Shown: piece after piece, positions 59,285-64,000 of the stretch
Layout of the letters: each line of letters begins with the position of its first letter
Numbering within the stretch: the stretch's first letter is position 1
The notes under the pieces: generated by a model
Seen by the model: the letters and a program-made list of their open reading frames with translations, nothing else
Database searches by the model: none
What the model was told of the DNA's origin: nothing
Program-made: the position numbers and the translations under genes
Assembly (NCBI GenBank): GCA_002347965.1
Contig: DDYN01000039.1
Coordinates: forward strand, 1,797 to 65,796
Direction of reading: 5' to 3'
DNA length: 64,000 bases
From: Nitrospirae bacterium UBA2233
GTDB lineage: Bacteria > UBA2233

Positions 59285-59701
59285 CTAGACGTCCAAGATC
59301 ACGCGGACGCTTAGAAAGCCCCTTGACTCTTGCCGGATGGCGAAATCGTTGTAGGTAACGGCCTTAGGGATGCACCGAATACGATGCCTCTCGGGCTCGA
59401 GCGTTTCACCGAAGGCTACGAACTCGAACAACCCTTCATCCAACCCAAGAATGGCAAACCTGGAGAACAAAAGCCTGCGCGTGTCGAACGCGTAGAGCAG
59501 CTCGTTCAACGCTTCGTGCAACAGGACGTCCGCTCCTTGCTCGTGAAAGACAAAAAAGTGGCGCTCTTTGGGCAAGACGCAGCCTAGAGGCGTAAGAAGC
59601 CCTTCGAACGCTTCAAGGGCCTCCAAAAAGAGGTGGTCAAGCCCCCTTGCCCTTACCCAAAACCCGACATCGGCCGTGTGATCGATAAGCCCGGATGCCA
59701 T
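59285..59701 (-). CDS. Archease
   Basis: 138 aa; N-terminal IDHTADVG hallmark of the archease family. Confidence 0.75.
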   Translation of the reverse strand: MASGLIDHTADVGFWVRARGLDHLFLEALEAFEGLLTPLGCVLPKERHFFVFHEQGADVLLHEALNELLYAFDTRRLLFSRFAILGLDEGLFEFVAFGETLEPERHRIRCIPKAVTYNDFAIRQESRGFLSVRVILDV

Positions 59702-59706
59702 AAGGC

Positions 59707-59967
59707 CTATGACCTCTTTAAGAGCCGAGACAGGGATTCTTTTGAAACCCCGTCCAGCATGACGAGTTTTTTGTGGCTTTTATGCCCCTTGAGGATTGTT
59801 ACGGCACACCTTGGAAGGCCGAGCGCTTCGGATAGCAAAGATGCCACGGCACGGTTTGCCTCGTTGTCATGGGGCCTTTTGGACGTGTGGACCTCAAGCG
59901 ACCCGTCAGAAAGCAAGGCTACCCGTTCGATGGCCTTCCCCGTTTTGACGTGAACGGTCAGCGTCAT
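59707..59967 (-). CDS. yggU: YggU/DUF167 family protein
   Basis: About 86 aa from MTLTVHVKTGK...; overlaps the yggT stop (ATGA). Confidence 0.65.
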   Translation of the reverse strand: MTLTVHVKTGKAIERVALLSDGSLEVHTSKRPHDNEANRAVASLLSEALGLPRCAVTILKGHKSHKKLVMLDGVSKESLSRLLKRS

Positions 59968-60263
59968 ACCCCTACGATCGAATACGCCAAATCTCGGAGC
60001 GTCGGGGGAACAACCATGCGAAAGAACATAATCGCAAAAATCGCGATCACGGGCGAAATGTCCAACCCTACAGGCGGAAGGACCCTGCGGATGGGCCGCA
60101 AAACGGGCTCCGTGATTCTTTCTAGGAATATAACGACAGGGTTGTAGGGGTTTGGCTGAACCCATGTAATCAGCGCGGAAATAACAATCACCCACATGTA
60201 AAGCTGCAACGCCTGGTCAAGAATGAGCGCGAGCGCGGTCAAGATGCGGGAAAAAAGTACCAT
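59964..60263 (-). CDS. yggT: YggT family membrane protein
   Basis: 99 aa; two TM segments, YggT-like. Confidence 0.7.
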   Translation of the reverse strand: MVLFSRILTALALILDQALQLYMWVIVISALITWVQPNPYNPVVIFLERITEPVLRPIRRVLPPVGLDISPVIAIFAIMFFRMVVPPTLRDLAYSIVGV

Positions 60264-60267
60264 AACC

Positions 60268-61110
60268 CTAAACTCCTTTTTGGGGTGGAATCATTGCCTG
60301 CGCGCGATAGTAGGCGCTCGTGATCGCTTCGATCAAAATCCCTTTAAGCCCCAACCTTTCTAAAACAAAAAGCCCTTCCATCGTCGTTCCTTTGGGTGTG
60401 GTCACCCGCTCTTTTAGGCTCGCAAGCGAAGCGGCCTCATCCTCCTTCGCCAGCATCCCAGCCCCCAAAAACGTTTCTACGGCGACCTTCCTGGACAGTG
60501 CAGCAGGTAAACCAAGCCTTATGCCGGCCGCCGCAAAGCCCTCTAGAGCGTGCCACACAAAGGCAATGCCCGAACTGGAAAGCGCGGTGAGCGCATCCAG
60601 CTGCCCTTCCTCGAGCTCAATGGTCATTCCTACCGAAGAAAGGGCCTCGATGAGCGCCCCTTTTTTTTCTTCGGGAAACCCGGGCTCGCACAGAACCCCT
60701 ACCGGACATGCCCCTAGTGCAACCGCCAGGTTCGGCATGACCCTTGCCACATGGGCCTTTTCCCCGAGGGCTTCGCGAAGGGCCTCGATGGGAACGCCAG
60801 CGGCGATGGAAATGAGCATAACGTCCTTTCCGAGCACCTCACGGTACAAGCGAAGCCAAGGAATAACCTGCAGGGGTTTCAGTGCCAAAAGAATAGCCCT
60901 TACTCTCGATAGAACCTCTTCTATTTTTTTTACCCCCTCCAGCCCGAAAGCCTCGGCTTCAGCAACCCTTAAAGGATCCTGGTCGTGGCCGAATATCGAA
61001 CCTTTGGCTTGAGGATAGGCTCCAACGATTCCCTTGGCCATCGCCGAGCCCATTTGCCCAAGCCCGACGATCAGCAAAGGGATCACTCCACCCGGCGCCC
61101 CTTGATCCAC
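60268..61110 (-). CDS. proC: Pyrroline-5-carboxylate reductase
   Basis: 280 aa; NAD motif VGLGQMG; P5CR C-terminal domain. Confidence 0.85.
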   Translation of the reverse strand: MDQGAPGGVIPLLIVGLGQMGSAMAKGIVGAYPQAKGSIFGHDQDPLRVAEAEAFGLEGVKKIEEVLSRVRAILLALKPLQVIPWLRLYREVLGKDVMLISIAAGVPIEALREALGEKAHVARVMPNLAVALGACPVGVLCEPGFPEEKKGALIEALSSVGMTIELEEGQLDALTALSSSGIAFVWHALEGFAAAGIRLGLPAALSRKVAVETFLGAGMLAKEDEAASLASLKERVTTPKGTTMEGLFVLERLGLKGILIEAITSAYYRAQAMIPPQKGV

Positions 61111-61139
61111 GCAATTCCCCTAAATTTATCTTATTGAAC

Positions 61140-61865
61140 TTATTGAAGTTTGCCCGCCTGTCTCGGGCCGAATACGCGCGTTCCGACACGCACCATGTTG
61201 GCACCCGCTCCGATAGCATGCTCAAAATCATGGCTCGTTCCCATAGAAAGCCAGTGCATCGGGTAGCCTGCATCCTTCGCCCCTTGAAATAGTCTGCACA
61301 TCCTCTCGAAGTGCCTTCGAGAGGCGTCAATTTCAAGCTCTAGAGGAGGAATAGCCATGAGTCCAAGGACCTCGAGCGAGCAAAAGGATAGCATCTTCTC
61401 CAAGAAGCCCATGAGATCGCCCGGGAAAACGCCGGCCTTCGTCGGTTCCGCCCCGATGTTTACCTCAACCAAACACCGCACCCGGCAACGCACATTCTCG
61501 GCTAGGCTGTTCAGCCTTTGAGCAAGCTCGACCGTATCGAGCGTCTGGATGACCGAAAAACTCTCGATCGCTTTTTTGGCCTTGTTCGCCTGGAGCCTAC
61601 CGATGAGGTGCCATTCGACGGACAAGCCTTGCAGCTCGGCCATCTTGGCCCTCGCCTCCTGGACATAGTTCTCCCCAAACAGCCTGGCCCCATCCTTGAC
61701 GAGTGGCTCAAGAATCCAGGCGGGCTGTCTTTTGGACGCCAAAAGAAGCGCTACGGCCTCCGACGAGCCGTGATGGCGTAGCGCTAGCTCCCTTACCTTC
61801 GAGCGAACCTCGCAATACCTGGCGCAAACCTGCTCAATTTCGTGCGCTCTTTCTTGGACGTCCAT
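61140..61865 (-). CDS. yggS: YggS-family PLP homeostasis protein
   Basis: About 241 aa from MDVQERAHEIEQV; FGENYVQE and HxIGxLQ(S/A)NK motifs. The tracked 454-aa ORF is a 5' extension antisense to gloB. Confidence 0.75.
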   Translation of the reverse strand: MDVQERAHEIEQVCARYCEVRSKVRELALRHHGSSEAVALLLASKRQPAWILEPLVKDGARLFGENYVQEARAKMAELQGLSVEWHLIGRLQANKAKKAIESFSVIQTLDTVELAQRLNSLAENVRCRVRCLVEVNIGAEPTKAGVFPGDLMGFLEKMLSFCSLEVLGLMAIPPLELEIDASRRHFERMCRLFQGAKDAGYPMHWLSMGTSHDFEHAIGAGANMVRVGTRVFGPRQAGKLQ

Positions 61866-61988
61866 CGCGCTTTGAGAACATCTCATCTCCTTAACATAGC
61901 ATGCAAGCCACGCTCGGCCAAGAGTTGCAACGTAGCCCGGAGTAAGGAACACTAAGTTATAGAAGTTTTCATCAAAGGAGGATAAACA

Positions 61989-62768
61989 ATGGCTTGGCAG
62001 CACGCCTACGTCTTGTGCGCTCAGGACAACCTTGCCTACCTTGTCTTCGATCGAGAGATGGGACACGCTCTTGTTGTGGACCCGACCGACCCGGAGAAGG
62101 TCGAGCGTTCCCTGAAGACTCTCGGCCTTAAGCCCGCCGCGATTCTGAACACCCATTCGCATCCTGACCACACCCAAGGAAACGAACGCCTGGCCAAAGC
62201 GTACAGCATTCCGGTTTATGGGCCTGCCCGTGAAGCCGAAGCTATCCCCATGCTCCGCTATCCCATAGAAGGCGGTCAGGTTCTTGACTTGGCGGGCATT
62301 TCCATCAAGGTTCACGACACGCCGGGCCATACCAAGGGGGGGCTTACGTTTGAGGTCGAGCACGAAGCGCTCATAACGGGAGACACGTTGTTTTTCTTGG
62401 GCTGCGGAAACCCGAATGTCGGCGGAGATGTCGAGGTCCTTTTTGACACGTTCAAGAGGGTCTACGCGCAGTTGCCGGGCCATCTCATGGTTTTGCCGGG
62501 CCACGACTACTCCCCAAAGAACCTATCCTTCCTTAAATCCATCCTGCCCGACTTTTACGGAATTGACGGGGTTCAAAAAAAGGTTGAGCAAGCCCACGCA
62601 AGCTCAGGAGTCCCTTTTTCGACCCTCGAAGACGAGAGGGAAAACAATCCTTTCTTGATGGTCTTTAACCCCAAGTTGGCGCAGAAGATAGCTTCAATCG
62701 TCGGGCTCGATCCCCATGACCCTAAGGCTTGTTTTTTAAAATTAAGGGAGATCAGGAACACGTTTTAA
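61989..62768 (+). CDS. gloB: Hydroxyacylglutathione hydrolase-like metallo-beta-lactamase
   Basis: 259 aa; THSHPDH motif; strong RBS AAAGGAGG. Confidence 0.75.
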   Translation: MAWQHAYVLCAQDNLAYLVFDREMGHALVVDPTDPEKVERSLKTLGLKPAAILNTHSHPDHTQGNERLAKAYSIPVYGPAREAEAIPMLRYPIEGGQVLDLAGISIKVHDTPGHTKGGLTFEVEHEALITGDTLFFLGCGNPNVGGDVEVLFDTFKRVYAQLPGHLMVLPGHDYSPKNLSFLKSILPDFYGIDGVQKKVEQAHASSGVPFSTLEDERENNPFLMVFNPKLAQKIASIVGLDPHDPKACFLKLREIRNTF

Positions 62769-62778
62769 GCAACGCGCC

Positions 62779-63552
62779 ATGAAGCACGCCTACTTGGCCC
62801 TGGCGATCTTGTGCGGGGTTTTCTTCGTTAAGGCATCGCGTGCGCAACCGGCCTTCGAACTAGTCCAGTTCAACACGCCAGACGGCCTGACTCTCGAAGG
62901 GCGCCTCTACCCGGGCGGGACGAAAAAAGGCGTTGTATGCGCCCACATGTTCCCCGCCGACCAGACAAGCTACGGGGCGTTGGCAAAGGACCTGGCTAGA
63001 AAGGGCTACCCGGTGCTCACGTTCAACTTTCGGGGATACGGAAACTCCGGAGGGCCTAAGAACACCTCAAGGATCGCGCTCGACATGAACGCCGCCGTCC
63101 GCTTTATGGCAGAACGCGTGACGTGCATGGTTCTGATCGGTGCGAGCATGGGCGGCACGGCAAGCATTCTAGAGGGCAATCATCCGAAGGTGAAAGGGGT
63201 CGTGACGCTGTCGGCCCCGGCCGCTTTCCAGGGCTTGGACGCCCGCTCGAAGGTCTCGGGGCTCAAGCCTCCAAAGCTCTTTGTTGCGGCAAAGGGCGAT
63301 GTATCAGCCTACGAAAGCGTGGAGTACTTCTACGCACACGCCCCGGAACCCAAAGAGATTCTACTAGTGGAAGGCTCAGCACACGGCACCCTCTTGCTGG
63401 AGGGCCCAAGCGCCCACTTGATCAAGCGAAGGCTCCTTGAATTCTTGCAGTCGTCCTTGGGTGCGGCATGCGGCCTTGAACCCGCCTTAGAACGTGCGGC
63501 CTTCTTTCATGGGGTTGCTGTATGCAAAACGTTGGTATATAGTACATACTAA
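62779..63552 (+). CDS. Secreted alpha/beta hydrolase (dienelactone-hydrolase-like)
   Basis: Signal peptide; nucleophile elbow GASMGG; 10 nt after gloB. Confidence 0.65.
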   Translation: MKHAYLALAILCGVFFVKASRAQPAFELVQFNTPDGLTLEGRLYPGGTKKGVVCAHMFPADQTSYGALAKDLARKGYPVLTFNFRGYGNSGGPKNTSRIALDMNAAVRFMAERVTCMVLIGASMGGTASILEGNHPKVKGVVTLSAPAAFQGLDARSKVSGLKPPKLFVAAKGDVSAYESVEYFYAHAPEPKEILLVEGSAHGTLLLEGPSAHLIKRRLLEFLQSSLGAACGLEPALERAAFFHGVAVCKTLVYSTY

Positions 63553-63581
63553 CGTTTGATGAACAACTAGGACGAGTTCCC

Positions 63582-64000
63582 ATGACAACAGAAGTTTATT
63601 TCCCGACCGATACGCCGTTGCGTCCCGGTCGGCCGACCTACGAGGAGCTCTCTAAAAAGGCCGAGGAGGACCCTATCGATTTTTGGGCCGGGATAGCCCG
63701 CGAGCTGGAGTGGTTCCAGGATTTTCAAGCCGTGTTCGAAGGAAACGGCGTTACTGGAAAGTGGTTTCTTGGCGGGAAATGCAACATCGTAGCAAACGCG
63801 CTCGACCGCCACGCCAAAACGTGGCGAAAGAACAAGCTCGCCATCCTATGGGAGGGCGAAAACGGCAAAACGAGGACGCTTAGCTACCATGCGCTGAATC
63901 GGGAAGTGACACGTCTTGCCACCGTGCTAAAAAGCATGGGCATAAACAAAGGCGATCGCGTCACGATCTACATGCCCCGGATCCCCGAGCAAGTCATCGC
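63582..64000 (+). CDS. acs: Acetyl-CoA synthetase (N-terminal part; runs off the right edge)
   Basis: MTTEVYFPTDTPLRPGRPTYEELSKKAEEDPIDFWAGIARELEWF...GDRVTIYMP is the canonical Acs N-terminus; not in the track because it is open-ended. Confidence 0.85.
   Translation, partial: MTTEVYFPTDTPLRPGRPTYEELSKKAEEDPIDFWAGIARELEWFQDFQAVFEGNGVTGKWFLGGKCNIVANALDRHAKTWRKNKLAILWEGENGKTRTLSYHALNREVTRLATVLKSMGINKGDRVTIYMPRIPEQVI

Noticed and set aside
61866-62504. N-terminal 213-aa extension of the yggS ORF (454 aa in the track)
   Set aside because: It runs antisense through gloB, has no homology signal, and YggS homologs start at MDVQERAHEIEQV; a high-GC open frame by chance.

Overview
The window is a 64-kb, high-GC (roughly 55-60% by eye) chromosomal core segment of a diderm bacterium (LPS heptosyltransferase, OprO/P porin with C-terminal Phe, Tat, lytic transglycosylase). 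Coding density is very high and mostly on the minus strand; I found no rRNA, CRISPR array, transposase, integrase or other mobile element. Main blocks, left to right: proS-ispG-prfB (classical programmed +1 frameshift)-pnp-rpsO-truB-nrnA-rbfA-DUF503-infB-nusA-rimP; an aspartase-like lyase, a Udp-like nucleoside phosphorylase and trpB2; a secreted propeller-like protein followed by pstS-pstC-pstA with no pstB or phoU; a GT9 heptosyltransferase and a GH31 alpha-glucosidase; a tight minus-strand string ubiE-OMP-rsbS-rsbT-dcd; treA and an FmdB zinc ribbon; mobA-moaC with tRNA-Asp/Val-clpX-clpP-tig-tRNA-Leu/Lys in one transcriptional direction; apbC, a NuoI-like ferredoxin, pgsA, an SLT, pyrE-purF-purL-purQ-purS-purC-purB; adhC, hemW, a DUF protein, ppx, a NUDIX::AMMECR1 fusion, aspC, coaD, rsmD; oprP; an AT-rich 370-nt structured leader; an HMGCS-like::DUF35 fusion plus an SCP-x-type thiolase; then nfi, tatC, tatA, archease, yggU, yggT, proC, yggS, gloB, an alpha/beta hydrolase and the 5' end of acs. 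The items I would look at first are the HMGCS-like::DUF35/thiolase module (the nucleophile Cys appears to be missing), the NUDIX-AMMECR1 fusion, the orphan RsbS-RsbT pair placed directly in front of dcd, and the structured leaders and short upstream ORFs at purB and at the HMGCS-like gene. ORFs that run off a window edge (proS, acs) are absent from the supplied track, and that track shows GTG/TTG starts as M.
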